A stretch of 64,000 nucleotides of DNA, taken from the NCBI GenBank assembly GCA_963843375.1, contig CAWJKT010000014.1, forward strand, positions 32,001 to 96,000, written 5' to 3'. This DNA comes from an uncultured Pseudomonadota bacterium (GTDB lineage Bacteria > Oederibacteriota > Muellerivitia > Muellerivitales > Muellerivitaceae). The translations under genes were made by a program, and so were the position numbers. The notes below the pieces were generated by a model that searched no databases, was not told where the DNA came from, and worked only from the letters and a program-made list of their open reading frames with translations. This document shows, piece by piece, positions 11,164 to 22,536 of this stretch; position 1 is the first letter of the stretch; each line of letters opens with the position of its first letter.

Positions 11164-11246
11164 AATCTTTCAATAAACTTTGCTTTCAAAATGGCAGTAA
11201 ATAGCAAATCGATTAGCCCGCAGAAATGAAGAATCTTTCGCTAGCT

Positions 11247-12452
11247 TTAATGCGCTAATTGTTCGAACACCCATTTTGTGACTATGGATGTTCTTCTCAT
11301 TAATGGGCGCTCAACGAGCCGAAAAGTCGTAAAACTTATCAGCATTAAAAATATAGTGATTATGCCAATCCAGGTCCAATGCATCCATAAGGAGAATTTC
11401 TTTGCTTCGTTCATATTGAAAATAAAGTTAAATGTTACGAAGAGAATTATTCCGTGGAGCAAATAGATGCTATAGGTCATTTCACCTAAATTTCGAGAAA
11501 GCGGGTGGACCAAAATGCCAAATATACTGTTTCCGCAGGCGATAAGAATAAAGGCCAGTGACAACAGAAGAAGTGGAATAAGCCCCCAAGCCGATGGAAA
11601 CTCTATAACTGTTATAGAAATTAAACCAATAATGAAAATAGAAGAAAAATTTTTTTTGGAAAATTTGCGAATGGAGGTAAAGCGAAAGAGGCACGAGGCT
11701 AATATTCCTCCGCAAAAAGATAATAGTGGAAATGTATCAAGAGGGAATTTTAGAAAAAATAACAAAGTCACCAAACTGAGAAGAACATAGGGTAGCGGCG
11801 GGGAAACCCTGACCGTAAAGGCAAGAATGGGGAGCAATAAATAAAAAAACCATTCATAAGGCAATGTCCATGTAACCCAGGCGTCAATAGTCGCTGTGTT
11901 TTCGATGCCATTCAAGTCGGGTGCGCCATGAACTGAGAATCCAAGCCAGTGAATTATCCCTCTAGCGAGCGCTAGGGGCGGTACTTTTAAAATACCTTTA
12001 GATAAAATAAAAACAATGAGGAAAATAATGAAAACTGAAAACCAGTAAATAGGAACGAGCCGTAAAAGCCTAGAGACAAAAAGTTTTGACCAATCTATGC
12101 TACTGTTTCTGCCGTTGATCAGTTTCGAAAAAAACAAAAACCCCGTGATCATGAAAAAAAACGCTACGGAACTTGATCCCATGTGATCATATAAATTGGA
12201 AGGTGGACTGTTTTCCCATACGCCTGTCCGTAAATAGTAGTACCAAACTCTAGAATGGCTTATAAAAACAAAAAAAGCGAGAAAACCTCGCAAACCATCA
12301 ATAGTGGCGAATCGATCTTGATTAAGGGGTTCTCCAAAATATCGGTTTAACAAAAAAATGGTGAAGAACGCGGTGAATAATGTGGTGATGATGGGCAACG
12401 CGTTTGCGAGTGCTGTTTCCAAAGAGAAGACCTCGAAATGAAGAGCCGACAT
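11247..12452 (-). CDS. Acyltransferase family 3 (OafA-like O-acetyltransferase)
   Basis: IDGLRG, FFFMITGFL, RLLRL, WTLPYEWFFY, LGEMTYSIYLLH and VERP. Confidence 0.9.
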   Translation of the reverse strand: MSALHFEVFSLETALANALPIITTLFTAFFTIFLLNRYFGEPLNQDRFATIDGLRGFLAFFVFISHSRVWYYYLRTGVWENSPPSNLYDHMGSSSVAFFFMITGFLFFSKLINGRNSSIDWSKLFVSRLLRLVPIYWFSVFIIFLIVFILSKGILKVPPLALARGIIHWLGFSVHGAPDLNGIENTATIDAWVTWTLPYEWFFYLLLPILAFTVRVSPPLPYVLLSLVTLLFFLKFPLDTFPLLSFCGGILASCLFRFTSIRKFSKKNFSSIFIIGLISITVIEFPSAWGLIPLLLLSLAFILIACGNSIFGILVHPLSRNLGEMTYSIYLLHGIILFVTFNFIFNMNEAKKFSLWMHWTWIGIITIFLMLISFTTFRLVERPLMRRTSIVTKWVFEQLAH

Positions 12453-12700
12453 CGATTTTGATTATTGAGCGTAAGAATCTTGTTATAAATGAAAAGAATA
12501 TTACAAGCCGCCTATCGCAAAAAAGTAAACTCATTTATGCCACGGTCGATTCTACTGCAAAACCTTAATGACAAAGGCTAAAACTTGAAGGCGATTCTTC
12601 CGTATCTATCTCAATCTATCGCATTTTTCCTGAAGTGTTTAACCCTTTTTTGTTTTAATTCCAAGCTAGGGGGTTAAAGCGTACTATTAATAAATTTATT

Positions 12701-14788
12701 TTGGCTGGCAATGAGAGTTGTTCGTCTGAAAGAAAAAATGGTCAGAGACCAATGGGAAAAAGGTTAATGGTAAAACTAAATCACGAAAGTTCCTCAAGAT
12801 TATTATTTAAGGCAGTAATAGGCTTGTTCCTATTCAGTTTTATTCAACAATCTTTTTTAAATGATCTGATATTTAACGGAGATTTGGATTTATTGGATAA
12901 TTCCAAATTGTATATTTTTAATTATATGTTGAAAGAAAAAATGTTTTTGGGTGTTCAATCTTTTTTTACCTACGGTCCATTAGCTCAATTTCTTTTAGTG
13001 GCAAGGGGGGGTGTGAGTATTTTAATTTATGCGGGTCTGTTTTCCATTTATTACGTTACGCTTATTCCATTGCTAAAAAAAGTTTCATTGAAATTTAACT
13101 GGATGCGGATTGTGTTCTGTTTTTTCGCTTTTTTAGTAATCGCCTATCCACTTGTTTATGACTATGAGTATTTTCCGCTCGATTTAATCATTGTTTTATT
13201 AACTTTGAATTATTACTTGAATGTGGGCGACCAAAAATTAAGAAGGCGTTATTTTTTATTTTTGACCCTTATCACAATAGTATCGATGTTGTTTAAGTTT
13301 TCGACAGGGTTTGATGCTTTAGGCGTCTGGCTCATAATGTTAACAACCGAAGCTCTGATTCAATTTGATTTAAAATTTATTTTTTTTCAAACATTAAGTC
13401 TTGTTTTGGGGTTATTTCTTTTATTTTTCTTCGTAACGGGGAGTATTCTTTTGTGGCAATACTTGTGGATGGGATTTGAAACGAGTTCCGTTTATTCAGA
13501 AATCGATGGCTATGATTTTCCGGTGCCTTTTTATTCCCAAATTATTTATTTGATCGGTTTAGTGCCAGTATTAATATTTTTCAGCTTTTCTGTTTTTTTG
13601 TCGTACCAACGCATATCAAAACACACTTTGCGGTTTTGTTTTTTGGCGTCGATATTATGGCAAGCCTATTGTCTTTATAAACATTGTTTTGTAAGGGCTG
13701 ACTTTTACCACGTTTTTTTGATAGCGTTTCTGCTGGCTCCACTTCTTTTTATCATCGGGTTTTTGTTGTTTCCGTCGGCGCACGATTCAAAAGAAAAATG
13801 GTTCAAATATTTCGCTTTTGGGATACTTATCTTGATTCCTGTGACGATGCCAGCCCTGGATTTTTTTGGTATTTTTGCCGAGAGTGAATTTGGAAAAGAA
13901 CCAACCGTGATAAAAAACGCCACAAAACATTTACTTTTAACTCCTTTTTATAACGCTTATGGTCTCTTAAAAGATCCCTCTTTCTTTTATCGTCAAAGGG
14001 ATCTGTCGATTTCGCGGACGATTGAAAGCAGCTTTCCGGAGCTTGCCGAACGTTTAAGGAGAATAAGAAGTTCTTATCAGGGCCCTGGCGAACCAACAAT
14101 TACCTTTGCGCCTTGCTCGTACCTGTTGGAAAGCTTGGCTCCGGGTTTCAAATGTCGGCCTTATCCTTCCTTACAATTATATGCTGCTACAACGGACCAA
14201 GAATTGAACGAATTGGACAGTCGCTTTTTGACATCGACTGATTCGCCGGATTTCATTGTTTTGGACCGGGAAACGGTCGACGATAGAAATTCCATTTCGG
14301 AGTTCACGCCTTGGTTAGTAAATATTTTAAAAAAATACAGAATTTTAGAAAAGTGCGACGGTCAACTGATCCTGAAAAAAGATACTCACCTTCAAATAGG
14401 AATCGAAGAGAAATCTACCGGTCCAGGTTTGTTTTTTAGGGCTCAAATAGGGCCAATGAAAATATGGCAAGAAATTGTATTTAAAATCTGGACAATTTTA
14501 TTCAAGTCGCCTCAGTTTAATATTTACATTGAGGCGGAAAATATGAACGGTGCCAAGAATATCCTTTGGAACCGAGCTTTTTATAGCCAACTAAAGATGG
14601 GTGCTTTTGTTTCTTTTCAACCCATTGATTCAGTGATAGAAAGTTGCGTTAAGGATAATAACGAAAACACGACTTGGACTAAGGTGACGAAAGCCGAATT
14701 GATTCAAAATGACAGTATTATTTATTGTCCATTGTTGCCTAAAGTTATGGATCTAAATATTACTTATTGTCGGCCGTTTAGGTATTAA
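12701..14788 (+). CDS. Large polytopic membrane protein, probable GT-C-like glycan-modifying enzyme
   Basis: FFTYGPL early loop, KF.TG and FVRAD..H motifs, about 12 TM plus a C-terminal soluble domain; exact start uncertain. Confidence 0.55.
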   Translation: MAGNESCSSERKNGQRPMGKRLMVKLNHESSSRLLFKAVIGLFLFSFIQQSFLNDLIFNGDLDLLDNSKLYIFNYMLKEKMFLGVQSFFTYGPLAQFLLVARGGVSILIYAGLFSIYYVTLIPLLKKVSLKFNWMRIVFCFFAFLVIAYPLVYDYEYFPLDLIIVLLTLNYYLNVGDQKLRRRYFLFLTLITIVSMLFKFSTGFDALGVWLIMLTTEALIQFDLKFIFFQTLSLVLGLFLLFFFVTGSILLWQYLWMGFETSSVYSEIDGYDFPVPFYSQIIYLIGLVPVLIFFSFSVFLSYQRISKHTLRFCFLASILWQAYCLYKHCFVRADFYHVFLIAFLLAPLLFIIGFLLFPSAHDSKEKWFKYFAFGILILIPVTMPALDFFGIFAESEFGKEPTVIKNATKHLLLTPFYNAYGLLKDPSFFYRQRDLSISRTIESSFPELAERLRRIRSSYQGPGEPTITFAPCSYLLESLAPGFKCRPYPSLQLYAATTDQELNELDSRFLTSTDSPDFIVLDRETVDDRNSISEFTPWLVNILKKYRILEKCDGQLILKKDTHLQIGIEEKSTGPGLFFRAQIGPMKIWQEIVFKIWTILFKSPQFNIYIEAENMNGAKNILWNRAFYSQLKMGAFVSFQPIDSVIESCVKDNNENTTWTKVTKAELIQNDSIIYCPLLPKVMDLNITYCRPFRY

Positions 14789-14850
14789 AAATACAATTTC
14801 ATTTCGATTTTAGCTGAAATGCATCAAATATTATATTTGCATATTTTCTA

Positions 14851-16278
14851 TTACTGCCGATTGATGAAGGGCCAAGAACCTAGTAGAAATATGAACAGGG
14901 CGAAACCGAGTAATTGAATCCAAGCCCAGCGATCCGCAGTGTGTTGGCCCGAGAGATGCCCCGAAAAACGCTTTGTTTGAAAGCCCATCCAACCAATAAT
15001 AAGAATGGGCGTCAAAAGAAAAATAAACTCAAGGCAGTGAAAACTTGGCATGGAGGACAAGAAGTCTCCCATTGTTTTTCCGCCTGGATACATGAGTAAC
15101 ATTGAAGAGTCGACATTTTCATCCTTAAATTCGCCTGGAACGCTCAATAGAAAAACGAACGAAAACCAATAGGGCAAACGGGTCAAAGCGCGATGAAGCC
15201 ACGGGGGAAGCGCGGGTTGGATTGAGGAGGCCACTTGGGCACAGAGATAGAACCATGGGGAAAGCCATAAAAGGTATTGTGGAAGCCAAATTTTTATTAA
15301 AAAAACGATAGGTAATGCCAAAAGAGGAATACGCATTACAGTTAGGGGCCACTGATCCGGTTCGATCAGGCGGAGGAGAAAAAGCCGAAAACGGGCGAGG
15401 ATAGATCGAATAAAATGTGACATGATCAATAATAAGGTCAGAAATCCCATGAAGGTCCAAAAAACACCTTGATGGGAAAGAAAGATTCTCCGGTAACTTT
15501 TTTGAATGATTTCGAATAAATAGGTGGACTCCGAGTGGGAAGAAAGTAGATAACTTTGTTGAAGAGCTGGACTATAAATTATGAATATCGGAAGAAGGAC
15601 AGGAACGAGAAAAAAGAAAGCTCCGCGCAATGCGGCGCCCCGACGGTTGGAAAAAATGAGCAAAAGGAAATAAATCCCCGCTAAAAGAGAAGGAAAGTTC
15701 TTAAGGGCAGTTCCAAGACCTAGAAAAAAGAAGGCCGTATCCACGTTTCCCTTTTGATCGAGATCCATAAGCCGTTCTATGGCCCAAAGGCAGAAGAATG
15801 TGGGAATGATGTCGAATTGCCCCATGGTGGTAGAGATGAAAAGAATGACCGGTTGGGAAAGCAGCAAAAGGAACCGATTTCGAGCTTGAAAATGAGCCAG
15901 TATCTTTTCACCGATCCAAGCGGCTCCGAAAATCCAAGGAAGATAAAAGGATTTAAAGAACAAATATTCGACGACAGTGAGGATTCGTGGGAAAGCCCCA
16001 TCTGCATATTGGAAAAGCCCAAAGCTGTTTCCAAGGCGCATCCAAGCGCCGATTATCCAATAAATAAGCGGTGGGTAAGTCAGTTTAGTAAGTTCGTTTG
16101 GGTATTGGGCGGCAATTCGGGTATAGATATCGAGCCCGTCGAAAGTGAAATGTGATACCCAAGCGATGTAATAGGTATCAACGAATCCGAATAGCGCAGA
16201 AGTCACAAGATAAATAAACAAAAAAAAGCCCACAAAACCGATGCGGGACCAGGAGAGAGCAGAAGGGTTACAATTCAT
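14851..16278 (-). CDS. GT-C-like (GT87/DUF2029-type) membrane glycosyltransferase
   Basis: TYPPL, GQFDIIP, LGLGTALKNFP and PQYLLW motifs. Confidence 0.7.
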   Translation of the reverse strand: MNCNPSALSWSRIGFVGFFLFIYLVTSALFGFVDTYYIAWVSHFTFDGLDIYTRIAAQYPNELTKLTYPPLIYWIIGAWMRLGNSFGLFQYADGAFPRILTVVEYLFFKSFYLPWIFGAAWIGEKILAHFQARNRFLLLLSQPVILFISTTMGQFDIIPTFFCLWAIERLMDLDQKGNVDTAFFFLGLGTALKNFPSLLAGIYFLLLIFSNRRGAALRGAFFFLVPVLLPIFIIYSPALQQSYLLSSHSESTYLFEIIQKSYRRIFLSHQGVFWTFMGFLTLLLIMSHFIRSILARFRLFLLRLIEPDQWPLTVMRIPLLALPIVFLIKIWLPQYLLWLSPWFYLCAQVASSIQPALPPWLHRALTRLPYWFSFVFLLSVPGEFKDENVDSSMLLMYPGGKTMGDFLSSMPSFHCLEFIFLLTPILIIGWMGFQTKRFSGHLSGQHTADRWAWIQLLGFALFIFLLGSWPFINRQ

Positions 16279-16386
16279 GGGGCACTTGCAAGTTTTTTAT
16301 GGTTTTTAATTTGATAAGGAAACCAATCCCATAACAAAAATTGACCCGAACTTTATATATCGATACACGTTATATAATATCTAACT

Positions 16387-17553
16387 TTACCAAAGGCTCC
16401 ATCTATTAATTTTTCTATTTAAATATTCTCGAACTTCAAATGTTCGTCTTTCGAAAAGGTACCAAAGCGTAAGAGAATAAATTAAAACTAAGGCTATAAG
16501 CGCAAAGAAATTTAAGTAGTTTCTTAAAGAAGGTTGGGAGATTGCGGGCGACATGAAAGTGAAAAAAATGAAAGTTAACAATGGGAAATGAGTCAAATAC
16601 AATGTATATGAAATTTCCGAAAGCCAATGAGCCGTTTTTTTGTACCAATAATCATTAAGTTGATGGGTCGATAGAAAAGGCAGGGTTCCGGCGAAGGTAA
16701 TCCCTATAAGTCCATATTGTGTATAAAGTTCTGGTTGGAAGATTTTGCCAATTGTACCCTTCAGCAACTCCAAATGACCAATCACTAGGATTGCGAAAAA
16801 AGAGGATAATGCAAAGGAAAAGAATATAAAATTTCCAGTCAACTGCACAAAAAATTTATTTTTCATTCCCCAATAAACTAAGACCCCCATTAACCAAACG
16901 ATCCCACGATGAATTATGTTTTTGGGCAAAAATAATAGTAGGGTGATAATTGTGCCCGCGTAAAAAATCCTATTTTTTTTATTTTTATTGTTGAATAGCG
17001 ACAGACAAAAGACAGGGAAAAGAATGTAGTACCAAAATTCATAATTTAGACTCCAAAGCGGAACATTTGTGCCATAAGTTGAGCAAAAGGTTGGATAGAG
17101 AAAAAAAATGTTTCCAAGGAATGTTTTTAAGCTGGCTGAGTATCTGTCTTGAGATTGATCATATTCAAAAAAAGAATGAAATCGGCCAATAAAAATTTCA
17201 TGTCCATTTTTTAACTCGTTGAAAGAATCCCAGAAAAGAGTCAAAAAAAGAGCCGGTATTAAAACGATCCAAAGCCGAGTTAGTCTGTTGCGAGTATAAT
17301 CGGCCCAAGACCAGCGATCCCTTTGAATGCACTCGATAACGGAACCTCCGACAAGGAAACCGCTCAAAACAAAAAAAATCATTACAGCTTCGGTCCCTAA
17401 TCCAGTAAAAAAATTAAATACCCGGTCAAATAAATTTGGGTTATTGCTTAGGTCATTAAACTGGAAGTTCTTTAAGTGGTGCCCTAAAACCAAAAGGGCT
17501 GAAACCCCTCGGACGAAGTCCAGGTTTGTGTTTCGGCTGAGTTGGTTATCCAT
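16387..17553 (-). CDS. Acyltransferase family 3 (OafA-like)
   Basis: LDFVRG, FFVLSGFLV, RLTRL, LWSLNYEFWYY, SYTLYLTHFP and FER. Confidence 0.9.
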   Translation of the reverse strand: MDNQLSRNTNLDFVRGVSALLVLGHHLKNFQFNDLSNNPNLFDRVFNFFTGLGTEAVMIFFVLSGFLVGGSVIECIQRDRWSWADYTRNRLTRLWIVLIPALFLTLFWDSFNELKNGHEIFIGRFHSFFEYDQSQDRYSASLKTFLGNIFFLYPTFCSTYGTNVPLWSLNYEFWYYILFPVFCLSLFNNKNKKNRIFYAGTIITLLLFLPKNIIHRGIVWLMGVLVYWGMKNKFFVQLTGNFIFFSFALSSFFAILVIGHLELLKGTIGKIFQPELYTQYGLIGITFAGTLPFLSTHQLNDYWYKKTAHWLSEISYTLYLTHFPLLTFIFFTFMSPAISQPSLRNYLNFFALIALVLIYSLTLWYLFERRTFEVREYLNRKINRWSLW

Positions 17554-17897
17554 GGAGTTCCTTTGAGGGTAACTTTACTTCTCGAATGGTACGTAATTCC
17601 AGTAAAAACAGGACCGAAAGCGTAACGCGAATGAACAGTAATTTAATTTAAGGCTGTTTCGCTGAAATGCACTAGGCGAGGGCAGGCGGAGCGGTATTGT
17701 AAAAGTCAAAAACATTCGTTTTTGTGATTTGAATTTTTTTAGCTAAAGTTTATATTTTCAACAGTTCCGGGACTTGTTGTTTGAGGCAAGAGCATCTATC
17801 CTCTATTTGTTAATACAAATAGATGTGTTGAAGAAATTTGACTTTGGTTCAGAAAATATCCTACTTCTAAAACAGTACTGATATTTGAAAGGCCTGT

Positions 17898-18368
17898 GTG
17901 GAAACAATAGATTCCGAGTCAGCCAACCTAGAAACCGCTCCTGACGGATGGGTAGATATGGGCGTGGGGAATTGCCGTCTTTACAGGCTTCCGAAAGTTC
18001 AAAATCCAAAGGGTAACTTAGCCATTGTTGAATTTGAAAAGTTTTTGCCGCTACCGGTCAAAAGAAGTTTTTGGGTTTTCAATGTTCCGGCCAAGGAAAT
18101 TCGTGGGGTTCACGCACATAAGGCCTGTCATTTATTCCTGACTTGTTTGGTGGGGCAGGTGACTGTTCTTTTGGATGACGGGGCCAATCGAATCAATGTC
18201 AAACTCGACAATCCCTTCTGTGGATTGCACCTTCAGCCCGGCGTATGGGGCAGCCAACTCGATTTCTCGAAAGACGCCATGCTCCTCGTTTTCGCCTCCC
18301 ACTTGTACGATGCTTCCGATTTCATTCTTAATTACGATGAATATTTAAAACACTCGAAAAAACCTTGA
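17898..18368 (+). CDS. fdtA: dTDP-6-deoxy-3,4-keto-hexulose isomerase (FdtA/QdtA/WxcM-C cupin)
   Basis: [20 protein letters not shown] and [10 protein letters not shown]; overlaps the aminotransferase start. Confidence 0.8.
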   Translation: METIDSESANLETAPDGWVDMGVGNCRLYRLPKVQNPKGNLAIVEFEKFLPLPVKRSFWVFNVPAKEIRGVHAHKACHLFLTCLVGQVTVLLDDGANRINVKLDNPFCGLHLQPGVWGSQLDFSKDAMLLVFASHLYDASDFILNYDEYLKHSKKP

Positions 18369-19468
18369 TCCCTTTTCTGGATCTTTACGCATCCTATGCC
18401 GAGCTTCGTGAAGAACTGGACGAAGCTTATCGTCGGGTCATGAAGTCGGGCTGGTACATCCTCGGCCAAGAAGTAGACGCGTTTGAAATTGAATTCGCCG
18501 AATATTGTGGGGTTAAGCACTGCGTCGGAGTAGGAAACGGCCTGGAAGCTCTTCACCTGATTCTTCGTGCCTACCAAATTGGAACAGGTGATGAAGTCAT
18601 CGTCCCTTCCAATACCTGTATTGCGACTTGGATGGCGGTTTCCGCCAGCGGCGCGAAACCCGTGCCGGTTGAACCAGATATTCACACTTATAATATCGAT
18701 CCTTTCCGGATTGAAGCGGCCATCACCCCGAAAACCAAAGCCATAATTCCCGTCCATCTCTACGGTCAACCGGCGGATATGGATCCTATTTTGGAATTGG
18801 CGAAAAAGCATGGTCTGAAGGTGATCGAGGATTCCGCCCAAGCTCATGGCGCAATATACAAAGGTTGCAAGACCGGGTCCCTCGGAGATGCCGCGGGTTT
18901 TAGCTTCTATCCCACCAAAAACCTGGGGGCGCAAGGGGATGGGGGCGCGGTGACGACCAATGATGACGCATTGGCTAATGCCATCAAACGTCTTCGCAAT
19001 TATGGTTCAGTCAAAAAAGATGATAACGAAATCCAGGGCTTCAACTCCCGGTTGGATGAGCTTCAAGCGGCTTTCCTCCGGGTAAAGTTGAAAAGACTGG
19101 ATGAGTGGAATGAAAGAAGAAAACACTTAGTTGGTTTATATCTCAAGGGTCTGGAGAAGGTTTCTGAATTGGTTTTGCCACGAGTGCCGGAATGGGCTGA
19201 ACCGGTTTGGCATCTTTTTGTCGTTAGGACCGATCATCGGAACTCTTTGCGAAAAAGTCTGGAAAAGGAAGGGGTCGGCACATTGATCCATTATCCCGTT
19301 CCGCCCCATCTCACCACGGCCTATATCGAGAGGGGAGGGCTGGAAAATAGGTTTCCAATCGCTTCGAAATTTGCTAAGACGGTTTTGAGCCTTCCCATAG
19401 GGCCCCAGCTCTCTGAGCAACAGGTGACGCGCGTGGTTGATCTTATGGAAAAAGGATTGAAACGATGA
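18365..19468 (+). CDS. fdtB: DegT/DnrJ/EryC1/StrS aminotransferase (dTDP-3-amino-3,6-dideoxyhexose synthesis)
   Basis: [30 protein letters not shown] (PLP Lys) and [10 protein letters not shown]. Confidence 0.85.
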   Translation: MIPFLDLYASYAELREELDEAYRRVMKSGWYILGQEVDAFEIEFAEYCGVKHCVGVGNGLEALHLILRAYQIGTGDEVIVPSNTCIATWMAVSASGAKPVPVEPDIHTYNIDPFRIEAAITPKTKAIIPVHLYGQPADMDPILELAKKHGLKVIEDSAQAHGAIYKGCKTGSLGDAAGFSFYPTKNLGAQGDGGAVTTNDDALANAIKRLRNYGSVKKDDNEIQGFNSRLDELQAAFLRVKLKRLDEWNERRKHLVGLYLKGLEKVSELVLPRVPEWAEPVWHLFVVRTDHRNSLRKSLEKEGVGTLIHYPVPPHLTTAYIERGGLENRFPIASKFAKTVLSLPIGPQLSEQQVTRVVDLMEKGLKR

Positions 19469-20530
19469 AGATTTTGATCACAGGCGGGGCGGGATTCGTT
19501 GGATCTAACCTGGCCAAAGAATTCAAGGAATCCTTTCCGCGAGCGCAAGTCGTGGCTTTCGACAATCTCCACCGCCGGGGTTCGGAAATCAACCTTGCGG
19601 AGTTCAAACGCTTGGGGATTTCTTTTGTCCACGGAGATATCCGGGTGCCCTCCGATTTAAACGACCTGGAAGGTTCTTTTGATCTTTTTGTTGAATCCTC
19701 CGCCGAGCCCAGTGTTCACGCAGGAGTGGGGGCTTCTCCGCGTTATGTCATCGAAACCAATCTGGTGGGCACCATGAATTGCCTCGAGTTCGCCCGGAAA
19801 CAAGCGGCTCAAACCATTTTTCTATCGACATCCCGGGTCTATTCGATCCCCGCCTTGCGGGCCATCCCCTTGAGAGAAACTAAAGACCGCTTTGAGATGA
19901 AGCTTGTCAAAACCGCCAAGGGATACAGCGCACGAGGTATTGCCGAGGATTTTCCAACCGGAGGATTCCGTTCCATTTATGGAAGCACCAAACTGGCTTC
20001 CGAGTTGATACTTCAAGAGTATGCCGAGACTTACGGTATGACGGCCGTCATCAACCGTTGCGGCGTTATCGCCGGTCCCGGACAATTTGGGAAAGTCGAC
20101 CAAGGCGTTTTTACCCTTTGGGTGGCCAACCATTATTTCGGAAAACCCCTATGCTATACCGGTTTCGGGGGCCATGGGAAACAAGTCAGGGACCTGTTGC
20201 ATCCGCGAGACCTTTACCGGCTTATTCGGAAACAGATGGAGAAAATGAACAGGCATTCGGGCCAGGTGTTCAACGTCGGGGGCGGCAGGCCCGTGTCCAT
20301 TTCTCTTAAGGAAATGACGGCACTTTGCCGGAAAGTCACGGGACACCGAGTGGAAGTGAAGTTCGATTCCCGCACAGCGGGGGTGGATATTCCGCTATAC
20401 CTGTCGGACTCTTCCAAGGCTCGGAAAACCTTCGGATGGACACCGGAAAAAAACGATTGAAAATATCATAAGCGACATTTATAACTGGATTCGGTCTGAA
20501 GAATCCCAATTAAAACCCCTGTTTTCTTGA
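19465..20530 (+). CDS. NAD-dependent epimerase/dehydratase (CDP-paratose 2-epimerase-like); frameshift in the A7 run near 20450
   Basis: GGAGFVG, YGSTK and KQVRDLLH. Removing one A restores the C-terminus [16 protein letters not shown]...FS* ending at 20530. Confidence 0.85.
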
Positions 20531-20561
20531 TCGTTATTTTCCATCCTATCCAGGTGAAAGT

Positions 20562-21632
20562 ATGTCTATCGCCATCGTAACCGGTTCTTCGGGCCTGATT
20601 GGAAGCCAAACCTCCCAATTCCTCTCCGACCAGGGTCTAGATGTGGTCGGAATCGACAACAATCTACGGCAATATTTTTTCGGGAAAGACGGGTCCACCC
20701 TTTGGAACCTGGAAAGCATGAAAAAAAGGATCCCGAGGTTTACCCATCACGCCTTGGATATTCGCGACCAAGATAAGATCTTCGGGTTGTTCAAAAAATA
20801 TGGAACGGATATCCAACTCGTGGTGCATGCGGCGGCCCAGCCCAGTCATGATTGGGCGGCGTTGGAGCCCTTTACTGATTTCTCGGTGAACGCCAGCGGG
20901 ACTTTGATTCTTCTGGAGGCGGCGCGGCAGTTTTGCCCTAAGGCCGTTTTTATCTTTACTTCCACAAACAAGGTTTACGGTGACACCCCCAATCAACTTC
21001 CATTGGTGGAAACGCCTACCCGGTGGGAGATACTAGCTTCCCACCCTTACTACCCCAAAGGCATTAATGAGGCAATGTCGATTGACCAGTCCAAGCACAG
21101 TCTTTTTGGGGTTAGCAAAACGGCTGCGGATTTGATGGTCCAGGAATACGGCAAGTACTTCGGAATGCGGACCGGGGTGTTTCGCGGGGGATGCTTGACT
21201 GGGCCGGCCCATTCGGGGACAAAGCTCCACGGCTTTTTGGCTTACCTGGTGAAATGTGTAGTGGGAAGGATTCCCTACACAGTTTTCGGTTACAAGGGAA
21301 AGCAAGTGAGGGATAACATCCATTCCTACGACCTAGTCCAGGCCTTTTGGAATTTTTTCCAAAACCCCAGGTCCGGCGAAGTTTACAACATGGGCGGTTC
21401 CAGGGTGAGCAACTGCTCCATGCTGGAAGCCATCGCCCTCGCCGAGGAATTATCCGGTGAAAAGCTTCAATATTCCGTTTCCCAGGAGGCGCGTTCCGGC
21501 GACCATATTTGGTGGATCAGCGACGTTTCAAAGTTTCAAAACCACTTTCCCGGCTGGTCCTACCGTTTTGACCTTCGAAAAATAATGGTGGAAATCGTGA
21601 ACGCCACCCGCGAACGGATCGGGGCCCCATGA
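20562..21632 (+). CDS. NAD-dependent epimerase/dehydratase (RfbE/tyvelose epimerase-like)
   Basis: [27 protein letters not shown] and KQVRDNIH. Confidence 0.85.
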   Translation: MSIAIVTGSSGLIGSQTSQFLSDQGLDVVGIDNNLRQYFFGKDGSTLWNLESMKKRIPRFTHHALDIRDQDKIFGLFKKYGTDIQLVVHAAAQPSHDWAALEPFTDFSVNASGTLILLEAARQFCPKAVFIFTSTNKVYGDTPNQLPLVETPTRWEILASHPYYPKGINEAMSIDQSKHSLFGVSKTAADLMVQEYGKYFGMRTGVFRGGCLTGPAHSGTKLHGFLAYLVKCVVGRIPYTVFGYKGKQVRDNIHSYDLVQAFWNFFQNPRSGEVYNMGGSRVSNCSMLEAIALAEELSGEKLQYSVSQEARSGDHIWWISDVSKFQNHFPGWSYRFDLRKIMVEIVNATRERIGAP

Positions 21633-22386
21633 AGCTTTCGGTGGTCATTCCCGCCTACAATGAAGAAGGCGAGATCGAAAAGACGGTCCGAAATCTTTAT
21701 ATCCAACTGAAGCATTACCGGATCCCCCATGAAATCATTGTCGTCAACGACAATTCACATGATGGCACCGAGACCAATCCTGAAGTCCCTGAGAAGGAAT
21801 ATCCCCACATTCCGGTACGTCAATAACCTTCCTCCCAACGGATTCGGTCTAGCGGTCCGGAAGGGATTCGCGGAATCCCGGGGAGAGGCAATCGCGGTTT
21901 ATATGGCTGACGCTTCAGACAGCCCTGAGGATTTGGTGGCCTTTTACCGGGTGATGAAAAAGGAAGGGGTGGATTGCGTCTTCGGAACCCGTTTTAGCCG
22001 CGGACTCAAAGGTGGTGGATTATCCGATCCACAAGCTTCTTTTGAATCGGTGGGCCAATTTCCTGATCCGTCTTCTTTTCGCGATTCCTTATAACGACAC
22101 GACCAACGCTTTTAAGCTCTATAGGCGCCATGTGATCGTCGGCGTCCAGCCCCTGATATCCCACCACTTCAACTTGACAGTGGAAATCCCCCTAAAAGCC
22201 ATCGTCCGGGGCTACAGCTATGCGGTGGTTCCCAACAGTTGGACCAACCGTAAATCGGGCATCTCGAAACTCAAAATCAAGGAAATGGGCTCCCGTTATC
22301 TTTTTATCGTCCTCTATTGCCTCATTGAAAAGTGGTTGTCCCGGGGAGATTACCACCGGCAAAGGATTGAAAAACTGATGGATTGA
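21629..22386 (+). CDS. GT2 polyprenol-phosphate glycosyltransferase (DPM1/GtrB-like); two frameshifts near 21776 and 22005
   Basis: Three consecutive ORF pieces join into one protein: [53 protein letters not shown]. Confidence 0.85.
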
Positions 22387-22536
22387 ATGCCAGGGCGTTT
22401 TCAGATGGCTGGTTTTAGGATCGTTTAAAACGTTAATTCATCATCCCGCGAAGCTTCCCTAGAAAAAGGTTCGAAAAAAAGCTCGAATTGAGGGTAGAAT
22501 TACGCCCTATTCGAACTCGTAAAAAGGGTCTTATCC

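Noticed and set aside
5278..17553. Integron cassette array as the explanation for the AT-rich gene array
   Set aside because: Genes are in mixed orientation, and no repeated attC-like sites or intI are seen.
17670..17700. GGCGGAGCGGT, similar to an ops/JUMPstart element ahead of fdtA
   Set aside because: It does not match GGCGGTAG and lacks the JUMPstart context.
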